From sequence record PP856017.1: a stretch of 64,000 nucleotides of DNA; one strand, given 5' to 3'. This document shows, piece after piece, positions 1 through 9,096 of the stretch. The translations under genes and the position numbers were made by a program. Each line of letters begins with the position of its first letter. Position 1 is the first letter of the stretch. The notes below the pieces were generated by a model. That model was not told the origin of the DNA and did not search any database. It saw nothing but the letters and a program-made list of their open reading frames with translations.

Positions 1-21
1 AGCCAGAGTGGTATATGGGCT

Positions 22-726
22 TTATGGATCTGGTGTGAAATTCGACGAGTATCTCGCATAATTGTAGTACCTGAAGTTGTCCAGGTTTCCAATCCACGGG
101 AACTCAGTGGTTGAGCCATTGGCTGTTTCGGAAATACAGCCAATGGTGAGTATGCTGGAATTCAGCGTCCACGCAGACGTATCGAGCGTTGCCGTCGAGA
201 CCTGTGCGCCATTCTTGTAAATCGTGAAGACTTTGCCTTTCTTGACGATCGCTGCATGATATTTGGTGTTCAGGTTGAATGTAGCCGGGTCAGCAGTGAT
301 GCTGTTGTGGATATCGTTCTGACCATTACTCCAGAACAATCCTAACTTCTGATATCGGCCGGTTACATAAAGCGCATAACCGAGAGCATTGTGATTGCCG
401 AGCGTGAAGAAAACTGATTGTCCGAAGTTACCCTGTGTGAGATTGTAGAAGTAATACTCGATCGTCCAATCATCTACAAAAGGATTAACTCCCCATGCAC
501 TTGTATCTGTTCGCAGATAAGTCGTCGCAGGAGTTACAACTGTTTTGGAAAATACTGCGTTTTGTGCTCCGGAAAGAACCGGCGTCGACGCAAGGGTCAC
601 GCCGGTATTCGTTACGGGCCAACCATGCGCGCTTGTATCAGTGAAACCGTTTTCGAAATCCATACCGAACACGAAATCGTTCGGAATTGCTGATTTCTTT
701 TTATAAAGGAGGTTAGTGTCAAGCAT
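22..726 (-). CDS. LamG/concanavalin A-like lectin-domain protein (putative tail fibre/receptor-binding paralog)
   Basis: 234 aa; WTIEYYF, HAAIVKKG...IYKNGAQV and IG...GNLDNFR motifs typical of LamG_3; N-term MLDTNLLYKKK; TAATG overlap with upstream paralog. Confidence 0.75.
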   Translation of the reverse strand: MLDTNLLYKKKSAIPNDFVFGMDFENGFTDTSAHGWPVTNTGVTLASTPVLSGAQNAVFSKTVVTPATTYLRTDTSAWGVNPFVDDWTIEYYFYNLTQGNFGQSVFFTLGNHNALGYALYVTGRYQKLGLFWSNGQNDIHNSITADPATFNLNTKYHAAIVKKGKVFTIYKNGAQVSTATLDTSAWTLNSSILTIGCISETANGSTTEFPWIGNLDNFRYYNYARYSSNFTPDP

Positions 727-1397
727 TATACTAATCCACCTACTGGAGGAGTGAAGTTACTGGTGATGATTGCCGAATCCCAGAAACCCCATTCGGCGGT
801 GTATACATTCAGGCCAGACTGACCGACAGTCATGACGTTATTGTTGATCATGGACGTTGCGTCCGAAAAGCTAGGATTGTTATACGTGGAACCGGTTCCA
901 TTAGCCAGCATGATTGCAGATCCGTTTATATAAACGGTATTCACGTTGGCTTTTCTGACCATGGCAAGATGATACCATGCACTCGACATCTGGGACTCAG
1001 TTACACTGGAATCCCAACATGTAGCAATCGTCGACATGGCGTAACCAAACTGAATTCGATTACCGAATCCTGCATCACCAGTCCGGAATGTAAAAGTACT
1101 ACCCAATAGTCCCGCATAACCGGTAGCACCTACAAGCAAAACACGCGTCATCGCAGTGAAGTCTTGAGTCGAGGTTCTGCTACCAGCTGCATACGTGACC
1201 GTATCGATACCTTTGACTGCCGTCGTATACCCGGCAATTGAGATTGGTGGAGTGACTGGAGCGCCCGCCGTATGACTTATTGGGGTAACTGTTCCAGTTG
1301 ATACATTGGAACTGTAATTCCATCCCCACAAAGGCGGAATAGAGTTAAGTCCACCCCCTCCCATCATTTTCTTTTTCAAAAGCAATGCGTCCTGCAT
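726..1397 (-). CDS. LamG/ConA-like lectin-domain protein (putative tail fibre paralog)
   Basis: Start moved to ATG 1397 (GGGGAAAG RBS, MQDALLLKKK); WYHLAMVRKANVNTVYING motif; C-term SNFTPP shared with paralogs. Confidence 0.72.
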   Translation of the reverse strand: MQDALLLKKKMMGGGGLNSIPPLWGWNYSSNVSTGTVTPISHTAGAPVTPPISIAGYTTAVKGIDTVTYAAGSRTSTQDFTAMTRVLLVGATGYAGLLGSTFTFRTGDAGFGNRIQFGYAMSTIATCWDSSVTESQMSSAWYHLAMVRKANVNTVYINGSAIMLANGTGSTYNNPSFSDATSMINNNVMTVGQSGLNVYTAEWGFWDSAIITSNFTPPVGGLV

Positions 1398-1435
1398 CTT
1401 CTTTCCCCAAATTGGATCTGTCACAGTATCGACCA

Positions 1436-1461
1436 CCTACCTAGCCTTTCGGCTAGGTAGG
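1436..1461 (-). terminator. Hairpin CCTACCTAGCC-GAAA-GGCTAGGTAGG after DNA polymerase gene
   Basis: Perfect 11-bp stem; no U-tract; TGTGAC about 10 nt downstream. Confidence 0.7.
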
Positions 1462-1471
1462 ATGGATTCGA

Positions 1472-3613
1472 TCAATACGTATCGTAGATCATTCGAGTGT
1501 TTTTCTTGTTGCTCATGAAGATACCCATGGTCTCCAGGATGTGGTAATAAGCACCACAGCAATCCCGCACAATCTTCCGTGCATTGGACCCAATCAGGAT
1601 CTCATCAGGAATACCTGAGATCTGAATGATGGATTGCGGAACATAAATCGTCGTCATGTACTTACGGCCAATTCGAGCACATTCCGCTTCGATGTCCTTG
1701 ACGAGATCCTTGTTCTGGATTTGATCGAGGTAGGTTTGCCAGTCCGTTACGTTGCCGATTTCCAACGAGACTTTCAGCGACGTGTAGGGCGGCTCATCGA
1801 CCATGCCATAGATCTTGCCGAACGTACGATTCCAGAACGTATGGTTAAAGTACGGCGTGCGATCTGCATCCTTTGCTTTGTAAGCGTCGGCTTTCTTCAG
1901 GTGAGCAGCACGGAAGTAATCGGTATTACCCGACTTGACGTCATCATAGATCGACCATTCTTTCTCGGCGACCATGTCGATGATGTCATTCATGTTCAGT
2001 CCCTTGCCATCCACCACATCTTGCATGGATTGAAGCAGGAACTTCTTGACTTCCTTCACAATCGTACCCGGCGTTGCCGAGGAGATCATGTTTGCACCCT
2101 TCAGTTCCAGATCCGGATAACGGAATACGTTACCTTCCTGGGCAGTCTTCATGGCGAAATAATGCTTAGCCATGGAAGTCGGGCAGAAGATCTTGAACTT
2201 GTACTCGTTCTTCATCTGCACATCGAAGTAACGCGACGGATGGACACCGTAATTCGCGCTCATCATTGCATGCAAATGCGAGGACGTTTGTGCGGCCAGA
2301 TACACCACGACGTCCGAGGTCGATTCCATTTCGTCCGTGAAACCGATTTCGCCGTAAACACGACCAACCCATTCCTGAACGGTAAACAGAGTCGAGTCTG
2401 TATCGCCACCGAGAACCGAACGGCGAAGACTGTACGGGAAGTTACCCGTCGAAGCAGGCATGTTGCCTGAGAGCCAGAAAGCATCGATCACAGGCTGGAT
2501 ACTGCAAAGCGTATTGTTGATGTTCTTGGCGTTCGATGCCAGGACGCCATAGTTATACTCCGATTCCTTCATGATTTCCTTAGGCTTCTTGCCCACGGAG
2601 AAGGAACGGCAAATCTGGCGTGACAGGTTAACGGTGTCTTCCGAAACCGTTTTCAATACAAACTTCGCTTCTTCAAGCGGCATGGTTTCGTCGATGAACC
2701 TGGACAGCTGATTCAACAGTGCCGTGACGAACACCTTGTTGTGTTTGTACAAATGGTAGAAGTCGCTGACATAAACGAATGCTGCACGCTCAAGCGGCTT
2801 CATGACTTCAACGAAATCCCACACAGGCTGCATGTGTTGGTTCGATTGGAAGTACAACAGACGACTACGATCAATACACTCGATCACGTCTTGAACGGTT
2901 GGCCAGTGCAACTGGAATTTCTGCATCGCTTCTTCGACCTTATCCAGATCGGTAATCGCGCAGATCGACACCAGGTTGTTCAGGATGGTATCGACGTCCA
3001 TGTAGTGGCGGTTGCCTTCGATGAACTTTTCGTTGTTTGCATTTCCGTACGCAGTCGTGTTACGACAGTTCGTCGTGAGAGACGAATGCGAAGTCGGATT
3101 AAATAGAGCCGTCGACGGAGTGAGTGAGGCTCCGGAGAGCGAGTTATTGGTAGTCTTTGCATTGTTCTGTCCGAGATCCTTAAACACATAGAGAACGGTA
3201 TCCCCTGCATTCTTGGCATCGAACATCTGATCTTTGAGCACTGAGCGCTTAACGATGTTATCCATCGTGTAAAGTGCCAGAAGCGATTGCCGGACGTCCG
3301 GCGAGCAATACGTCGTAAACGTAGGCGACATCGATTCGTTATTCTGGTAAACATCAGCCAGATAACGCGACATCGTGGTTTCTTTCAGTTCCCGATCGGC
3401 AAAGTTCTCGCGATGCAGATACTTCACCATCGGATCACGGAATTCGAACAAGCCACCTTTCTTCATGTTCTTGATGACGAATTCTCGGGCTGCTTCTAGG
3501 CTGATGTTCTTTTTCTTGGAAAGAAAAAGACTTGCCTGGTCTACATAACCGTTGAGCACTTTCGTGTCACGGAAGTAGTCCTTTTGTTCTTTACGGAAAA
3601 CAACTGTCTGCAT
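1472..3613 (-). CDS. Family B DNA polymerase, polymerase-domain half of the phiKZ-type split enzyme
   Basis: 713 aa; K...NSLSG (motif B-like), GGDTDS (motif C), KNEY...KHY, LELKG; no exonuclease motifs seen; phiKZ-like synteny near phuZ. Confidence 0.88.
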   Translation of the reverse strand: MQTVVFRKEQKDYFRDTKVLNGYVDQASLFLSKKKNISLEAAREFVIKNMKKGGLFEFRDPMVKYLHRENFADRELKETTMSRYLADVYQNNESMSPTFTTYCSPDVRQSLLALYTMDNIVKRSVLKDQMFDAKNAGDTVLYVFKDLGQNNAKTTNNSLSGASLTPSTALFNPTSHSSLTTNCRNTTAYGNANNEKFIEGNRHYMDVDTILNNLVSICAITDLDKVEEAMQKFQLHWPTVQDVIECIDRSRLLYFQSNQHMQPVWDFVEVMKPLERAAFVYVSDFYHLYKHNKVFVTALLNQLSRFIDETMPLEEAKFVLKTVSEDTVNLSRQICRSFSVGKKPKEIMKESEYNYGVLASNAKNINNTLCSIQPVIDAFWLSGNMPASTGNFPYSLRRSVLGGDTDSTLFTVQEWVGRVYGEIGFTDEMESTSDVVVYLAAQTSSHLHAMMSANYGVHPSRYFDVQMKNEYKFKIFCPTSMAKHYFAMKTAQEGNVFRYPDLELKGANMISSATPGTIVKEVKKFLLQSMQDVVDGKGLNMNDIIDMVAEKEWSIYDDVKSGNTDYFRAAHLKKADAYKAKDADRTPYFNHTFWNRTFGKIYGMVDEPPYTSLKVSLEIGNVTDWQTYLDQIQNKDLVKDIEAECARIGRKYMTTIYVPQSIIQISGIPDEILIGSNARKIVRDCCGAYYHILETMGIFMSNKKNTRMIYDTY

Positions 3614-3653
3614 ATATTTCCGTTCCTTAGGTTGACAGCAAAAAAAGATGAAA

Positions 3654-3687
3654 TCCCGTAAGGAAATCCGAAGATCTCTTTACGGGA
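3654..3687 (-). terminator. Intrinsic terminator (imperfect stem plus U-tract)
   Basis: TCCCGTAA...TTACGGGA followed on minus strand by TTCATCTTTTTTT. Confidence 0.6.
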
Positions 3688-3723
3688 CGGATTCAAACTA
3701 GATGGGGACCAGACAAAAAAATA

Positions 3724-4152
3724 TCAGGTCGTGGTGTTGGTACCACCGAAGTTGATCTGGAAGTTCACGAAACCTGCTTGCTTCAGCATGGTCGTGATAC
3801 GTGCCAGATCGCTCGTGGAGACGTTCGGAATGGTAACAACAGCCGTACTCACCTGGACTTCGACGATCGACGTCGGGTCGATCCAGGGCTCGCCGATGAT
3901 CGTAATCGATCCGTCGGCTTTCTTGATCCGGTAGTAGTTATACTGACGCGGATCGTTGGGGAATCCAGTGGGCAGGTTTCCCGACGAGACCACAGCTGCA
4001 TGCACAGGCTGAATGTCGCCTTGAAGCATGACTGCGGTTTCGAACGAGAAGTAGCCGAGGATCTCTACACGTTTGAAAGAAGTACCCAGGACATTCGGAG
4101 CATACGTCTCGAAGTCATAGATCTTCTTAGTGTCCATTGCTGGAGCCGCCAT
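3724..4152 (-). CDS. Conserved phiKZ-like hypothetical protein upstream of DNA polymerase
   Basis: ATG 4152 with AAGGTG RBS; YDFETYAPNVLG...IIGEPWI pattern recalled from jumbo-phage homologs. Confidence 0.65.
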   Translation of the reverse strand: MAAPAMDTKKIYDFETYAPNVLGTSFKRVEILGYFSFETAVMLQGDIQPVHAAVVSSGNLPTGFPNDPRQYNYYRIKKADGSITIIGEPWIDPTSIVEVQVSTAVVTIPNVSTSDLARITTMLKQAGFVNFQINFGGTNTTT

Positions 4153-4164
4153 GAGCAATCACCT

Positions 4165-4542
4165 TTATTTGATTGGGTTCTCGAATCTTTTCACCACAAT
4201 AGAGCGGTTATTCGTATTCGTTTCAGGTGCGTACTCGAAGCCGTCGCCCGTGTACAGGTCGTGCGCGCGCAATTGGCCCGCAATGTTTTTTACGAGAAGA
4301 AAAAAAGATTCCAGGAACCGTTGGAGGAATCTCGGGTCGGGCTCCAGATGGTCACGATAGAAATTCCCGAGCTTTGAAAGGTCGGGTTCATCGTGAGCAT
4401 CTTCGAGCTCGAAAATAATGACGTCGAAAACCATGTTCACGACGTCACTGAGTACATAGTCAGGTAGTTTGATTCCGGTGCCGAGATCGCGAACGAAGTC
4501 GCGAAGCGCATGCCGGAGATCGACAATTATCCGCTCAGACAT
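4165..4542 (-). CDS. Hypothetical protein (phuZ-downstream cluster)
   Basis: 125 aa, overlaps neighbour, phage-like codon usage. Confidence 0.7.
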   Translation of the reverse strand: MSERIIVDLRHALRDFVRDLGTGIKLPDYVLSDVVNMVFDVIIFELEDAHDEPDLSKLGNFYRDHLEPDPRFLQRFLESFFLLVKNIAGQLRAHDLYTGDGFEYAPETNTNNRSIVVKRFENPIK

Positions 4543-4958
4543 GCCCTTTCTTCCGTTTCGTCCACATAGGGTTCCCCGGCATCGAGGACCTTGATGACAA
4601 TATCCATATTTACAAAACCCTCAAAGGTCATTACCGTAGGAACCTTACTCAGGATCGCTAGGTCTTTCAAATAGCCGACCAACGAAACGCAGAACTCGTA
4701 GGCCAACTGCCCAACTTCATTCGCATCTTCTTCGTAGATCAACCCCGAATCAACGAGCCCCATCGCCATCACGAGTGCTTGCTCGTAGAGTTCGATGAAT
4801 TCGTTGTGTTTCTTGCTGCCGTCATATGCCAGCGCCATCGACATCATGACGAGCATCTTCATTAGGTCTTTCTGATGCTCTTCGGTCCGGAACGCTTCAT
4901 CGAAGTAGCTATTCCATTTCCGAATCCGGTCTTTTGCCGGAACGATGTATTTGTGCAT
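4527..4958 (-). CDS. Hypothetical protein (phuZ-downstream cluster)
   Basis: 143 aa, coupled to downstream ORF. Confidence 0.7.
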   Translation of the reverse strand: MHKYIVPAKDRIRKWNSYFDEAFRTEEHQKDLMKMLVMMSMALAYDGSKKHNEFIELYEQALVMAMGLVDSGLIYEEDANEVGQLAYEFCVSLVGYLKDLAILSKVPTVMTFEGFVNMDIVIKVLDAGEPYVDETEERACLSG

Positions 4959-5013
4959 GTTAACGATTCGCCGATAGGTGTCTCATAACCATTGCCGAAC
5001 GATCGATTGATTT

Positions 5014-5370
5014 TTATTCGATCACTTCAAACTTCAACGACATAAAACTGTCGCTTGGGATGAAGTGGATGTGCTGATGAATGTTTCCTGCACGTTGAAC
5101 TTCGCGAAGAATATGCGCACGGATCTTCATAAAGAAGTCCATGATGCGCATCTGCTGCCCATCAGTGAACGGCTTGACTTCCTGATGACCCTGAAACCAG
5201 TAGTCACCATAAACCATTCGCTTGATGTACGCGCGATCTTCACTATCTCCGCGAATTCCTTCGCACAGGTTGTCCAAGGTTTCCGAATAATCGATAAGCC
5301 CAAACTCCAGCGTGAAAAACTCACGGAACATTTTCAAAATGTGGATCTTATCGATCAGGACAACTTTCAT
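5014..5370 (-). CDS. Hypothetical protein (phuZ-downstream cluster)
   Basis: 118 aa, 1-nt stop/start overlap at 5370. Confidence 0.7.
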   Translation of the reverse strand: MKVVLIDKIHILKMFREFFTLEFGLIDYSETLDNLCEGIRGDSEDRAYIKRMVYGDYWFQGHQEVKPFTDGQQMRIMDFFMKIRAHILREVQRAGNIHQHIHFIPSDSFMSLKFEVIE

Positions 5371-5960
5371 CAGAACCTCAATCGCATTTTCAAAGCGTGA
5401 AGATTAGTCCATTGAAGACTACGTTCATCGATGGCATAATCGCCGTGAACATCACGGATGACAGACATGATGCCGTGCACCATCTCGTCAATGATTGCCC
5501 CGACTTTCGTGGCTTCCCGGATTTCATACTCCTCTACCGAATAGTTTCGATTGAAGGTGAAGTTCGAAAAATACGACGCCTCCTCTTCTCTCTTTGACCA
5601 CTCAGCCATCGCATCCGTCAAGTCCCGAAAGATCTGTACGTCACGTGTAGTTATATCTACTTCACGTTGAGTCGCCATGACACACGACTCAATGAAACCT
5701 TCCAGTTCGTGAGGATAGAAGTAGAACAGGTCGTCAGCTGCTCCGACTTGCTCAAACACTTTTCGGAAATCCACGAGATAGGTTTTCTCACCCATTCGCC
5801 GATCCTCGTGTAGCAGGACTGTGAGTCCTTCGATTTTCAAGGGGTTCTTTCTTACGAAACTTCGTACGCGCTCAGGGATCAAGGCCAGTCCCGGTTTTGT
5901 TTCGACCTGGATCAGCCTAGAAGAAATACCCGCGCTGTTCTTCGTAACGTTCTGGAACAT
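5370..5960 (-). CDS. Hypothetical protein (phuZ-downstream cluster)
   Basis: 196 aa, overlaps neighbours. Confidence 0.7.
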   Translation of the reverse strand: MFQNVTKNSAGISSRLIQVETKPGLALIPERVRSFVRKNPLKIEGLTVLLHEDRRMGEKTYLVDFRKVFEQVGAADDLFYFYPHELEGFIESCVMATQREVDITTRDVQIFRDLTDAMAEWSKREEEASYFSNFTFNRNYSVEEYEIREATKVGAIIDEMVHGIMSVIRDVHGDYAIDERSLQWTNLHALKMRLRF

Positions 5961-6342
5961 TTATAATCAGCTCCAATCTCTCGGTCACCCAGTACATGTC
6001 TTCTGGAAGTTCCGCAGCAATATCCGGGAAGAATGCCAGTACTTCAGCCAGTACCAAGTTTTCCAATTCCTGTTTTACAAAGTCTGCTTCACCATTGATC
6101 ATGCAATCAAGATTCAGCGCCAAGTCAAGTTCTTCATGAAGCTGACTTTGATCCATCTCGGGATCGAACACCTTCTCCACAATCAGGGGAATGATTTCCT
6201 TGATGTGGCAGGAGCTATACGTTTTTCCTTTTTCGGTGGCTCGTTTTACGTACCAGTTGATTGGCCGATGTAAACCTAGCTTGTAACGACCGCCATCGTA
6301 AGGTGGTTTCGGATATACCGGATCATCATCAAATAGTCTCAT
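5917..6342 (-). CDS. Hypothetical protein (phuZ-downstream cluster)
   Basis: Likely start ATG 6342 (MRLFDDD), which shortens the overlap with 6329..6904 to 14 nt. Confidence 0.65.
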   Translation of the reverse strand: MRLFDDDPVYPKPPYDGGRYKLGLHRPINWYVKRATEKGKTYSSCHIKEIIPLIVEKVFDPEMDQSQLHEELDLALNLDCMINGEADFVKQELENLVLAEVLAFFPDIAAELPEDMYWVTERLELIINVPERYEEQRGYFF

Positions 6343-6904
6343 GCCGGTTGTCGATCTTCTCTTGTTCCGCTTTGGTCCACTGGATGACTCGCCAATCAGC
6401 ATACTCTTCGATCATCAGAGTACGCAGGTCACGACCTTGCGTGAGGCGATGCAGAACAAAACGGTTCGGGTTCATATGCTCCGTCGTCAGAGCCACCAAC
6501 TGCTTGAGGACATCATCCAGCATGTCCGCCCACTTCTTGTTGGCAGGTTCATTCAGATCGTAGCGGAGATCTTCACGCAGGTCAGCTTCGATGTCAAAGC
6601 CAATCAACTCCCGAAGATTCAGAAGGTGAATGTGCCAATCACAATCGTCGCCATACACCCATGCACGCCGTCTGTTGACGATAGCTTCCATGATGGTAAT
6701 GACGATCTTGCGGACCAGGTGGGTCAGTGCCGGTTTTGTAAAATCGCTTTCCTGGATGCACGGCAGCATCTGGAAAATGTTCATGATCGCACTGATGTGC
6801 TCTTTCGGGTCGATGATAGTCATCTTGAAAGGAATGTCTGAAATCACAGACGTGTCCATCCAGAGATGTCCATCCGACGCTTTTGTGAATTCGGGTTCTT
6901 TCAC
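6329..6904 (-). CDS. Hypothetical protein (phuZ-downstream cluster)
   Basis: GTG start with AAGGAAGG RBS; 191 aa. Confidence 0.72.
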   Translation of the reverse strand: MKEPEFTKASDGHLWMDTSVISDIPFKMTIIDPKEHISAIMNIFQMLPCIQESDFTKPALTHLVRKIVITIMEAIVNRRRAWVYGDDCDWHIHLLNLRELIGFDIEADLREDLRYDLNEPANKKWADMLDDVLKQLVALTTEHMNPNRFVLHRLTQGRDLRTLMIEEYADWRVIQWTKAEQEKIDNRHETI

Positions 6905-7061
6905 CTAAATCCTTCCTTTTATAAAAATGCCTCTAAAAGCTGCAGAATGACCCCGTAGTGCATTTGATTAGTGTCGGATATAAGAATATACCTATAACCA
7001 TTCCAAAGCCTTCAGATCGCCTAAAATTTAAATATAAAAAAGTTGGCAGCAAAAGGAGTGT

Positions 7062-7089
7062 CTCCAGAACCCCCGAAGGAGTCCTGGAG
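7062..7089 (-). terminator. Hairpin terminator after phuZ
   Basis: CTCCAG...CTGGAG imperfect stem, T-rich tail on minus strand. Confidence 0.55.
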
Positions 7090-7100
7090 TTCACCCAGCT

Positions 7101-8117
7101 TTAGAACACGAGTCCGTTGGAGGCACGCTTCTTGGTGCCGTCCGACAGCTTGTTTTTCACGACGCGAGCAGCTTCACGCTGTTCGTAATCGGCGACTTGC
7201 TTGCGCAGACCCTTGACGACCGTGTCGAGGAAACCGTCAGCCACCGCGAAGTGCAGCGGGAAACGCATCGTGCGATCGTCTTTCGACAGCGCAGCTTCGC
7301 GTTCGACGATGTTCATCGGCACGCCCACACGTTGGTATTCGACCGGTTGGCCGACCTTCGTGTTGTTCAGGTCCGTGTTCAGCGTTGCCACCGAGATCAG
7401 ATTGACGTCACCGACCGTCAGCTTTTCTTGATGGATCGACAGCACACCGACTTGCGGCTGATACGTGGTGACTTCGTCGAAGTGCAGCCAATGGTGCAAA
7501 TCGCGTTCGTCCAGATTCTTGTTCTGGCCGCTGTACAGCGCGGTCAGGCAAGAAATCGCCACGTGAACCTTCAGGTCGATGTCTTCGATCGAACCGTCGA
7601 CACCGTTCTGCAGGAATTGCAGAACGACCGGCTGCTCGCGAGCTTCGACGATACCTTCGTACGATTCGAGGGTGCCGATGCAGTTCTCGATGTAGTTCTT
7701 GGTGTCGTCGCCACCGATCACGAATGCGATCACCGACTTGCCTTGGTTCAGTGCTTCCGAAACGATCGACGGACCCATCACCGAACCCGAGCCGCCAGTT
7801 GCGGAATGGATCACGATGTTGAAGTCTGCGAGAGGGAAACGTTGCAGCATTTCGCCGGTGTACTTGACGATGTCTGCGCCGTTGTGGCTGCGCTTGCCGC
7901 CCGAACCGTTGGCTTCCGGCAGCTGGTAGAAGTACTCAGCCGGCACGCCGAAGGTAGATGCTTTGGAGGTGTCCATGTACACCGGGTCGACTTCGGCGTA
8001 GCCAGGATTCTGCTTGCCACGTTCGAGTTCAAAATACTTGCCGATGCCGATGCCTGCACCGCCGGTGCAGAAAATACGGATTTTGCCCAGAGTGTTGGTA
8101 TTGTTCAGTTCCGACAT
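7101..8117 (-). CDS. phuZ: PhuZ phage tubulin
   Basis: Start ATG 8117; IRIFCTGGAGIGIG (T1 loop), SATGGSGS tubulin signature, LDERD (T7-like loop), C-term ...NGLVF tail. Confidence 0.93.
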   Translation of the reverse strand: MSELNNTNTLGKIRIFCTGGAGIGIGKYFELERGKQNPGYAEVDPVYMDTSKASTFGVPAEYFYQLPEANGSGGKRSHNGADIVKYTGEMLQRFPLADFNIVIHSATGGSGSVMGPSIVSEALNQGKSVIAFVIGGDDTKNYIENCIGTLESYEGIVEAREQPVVLQFLQNGVDGSIEDIDLKVHVAISCLTALYSGQNKNLDERDLHHWLHFDEVTTYQPQVGVLSIHQEKLTVGDVNLISVATLNTDLNNTKVGQPVEYQRVGVPMNIVEREAALSKDDRTMRFPLHFAVADGFLDTVVKGLRKQVADYEQREAARVVKNKLSDGTKKRASNGLVF

Positions 8118-8187
8118 GTTCAATTCTCGCTGGTGAATTTTAAAAGATAAATCAAGATCGAAGACGTTTCGATTCTGATTCACGTTT

Positions 8188-8195
8188 GTAATATA
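8188..8195 (-). promoter_or_regulatory. phiKZ-type early (virion RNAP) promoter core TATATTAC upstream of phuZ
   Basis: Exact match to the phiKZ early-promoter consensus about 70 nt before the phuZ start. Confidence 0.65.
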
Positions 8196-8226
8196 TCGCT
8201 GAATTTCGTTTAAACAAGGACTTGAC

Positions 8227-9039
8227 ATGCATTCTGGCGGAGCCATCGAAAAGGCCATCACAGAACTCAAGTTCATCATCCCGGAAGAAATTCTGGACCT
8301 GGTGTTCTTGAAGAAGGCCTACTTCTATCGTGATCGTCCCACCAACCTCGATCGCGAAATCATCAAAAAAGTAATCGCACCACGGGTGATGGTCGATTGC
8401 AGTTTGATCGGAGGTACAGACTATATCGTACCCCTGATGGACATTTATCGGGAGATGACCGAGGAATGGATGGCGATCTATCGCATTCCGAAGGAGTTCA
8501 CCGACAACCGTTCTATCATGTCGATTCTCGGCATCATGTACATCAATCCGTACATGGTATCCGCAGAAGCAGGCAACAGCACTTGTGGTTGGTCGCACAT
8601 CATGGCGACGACTCAGGCTGTGCTCGATGCGATGGCTCCGGTGCCTAACTTCGCATCTTCGGATGTGCAGCTGGAAGGCGAAAACGTAATCGTCATTCGC
8701 GACGCTCGTGTTCTGCCTGTCTACAGCTATGCTCGTGTGATCTTGTCCTACGACGAGTACATGAGCAACATTACTCCACGTTCGTATATCGCTTTCGCGA
8801 AGATGTGTGAGTTGGCTGTCAAGTCGTACATCTGGAAGAACCGGGTGATTCCGCTTGACCGTGGTGAACTGACTGCTGGTGTGACGCTTGGCGCCATCAA
8901 GGAAGTGATCGACGAGTACAAGGATGCGGAACAGATGTACCAGGATTATCGCAAAGACGTCATGCGAAAAGTCCTGATGCTCAACGATCCGCAACGTCGC
9001 CGTCGGCACATTACCCGCATTGTCGGTGGTTATAAATAG
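8227..9039 (+). CDS. Conserved phiKZ-like protein, probably virion-associated
   Basis: 270 aa, AAGGA RBS, divergent from phuZ, followed by a hairpin-TATG element. Confidence 0.7.
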   Translation: MHSGGAIEKAITELKFIIPEEILDLVFLKKAYFYRDRPTNLDREIIKKVIAPRVMVDCSLIGGTDYIVPLMDIYREMTEEWMAIYRIPKEFTDNRSIMSILGIMYINPYMVSAEAGNSTCGWSHIMATTQAVLDAMAPVPNFASSDVQLEGENVIVIRDARVLPVYSYARVILSYDEYMSNITPRSYIAFAKMCELAVKSYIWKNRVIPLDRGELTAGVTLGAIKEVIDEYKDAEQMYQDYRKDVMRKVLMLNDPQRRRRHITRIVGGYK

Positions 9040-9048
9040 TGTGGAACT

Positions 9049-9076
9049 CCTACTCTTGCCTTCGGGCAAGAGTAGG
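9049..9076 (+). terminator. Hairpin CCTACTCTTGCC-TTCG-GGCAAGAGTAGG, TATG at 9083
   Basis: Perfect 12-bp stem, UUCG loop, at convergent gene ends. Confidence 0.75.
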
Positions 9077-9096
9077 TAGGTCTATGCTTTTGCTGC

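Noticed and set aside
1-21. Possible half hairpin after the first LamG gene
   Set aside because: Cut by the window edge, so the partner arm cannot be seen.
3724-8117. Chimallin (chmA), non-virion RNAP subunits or major capsid protein
   Set aside because: No ORF of suitable size or motif here or elsewhere in the window; expected elsewhere in the genome.
7197-8150. 317-aa ORF antisense to phuZ, and similar long shadow ORFs (24315..25784, 26302..27345, 27426..28808, 47024..48499, 60852..62009, 19007..19999)
   Set aside because: They mirror strongly codon-biased real genes, have no RBS or recognisable motifs, and show the V/R/D/H-rich composition typical of antisense frames.
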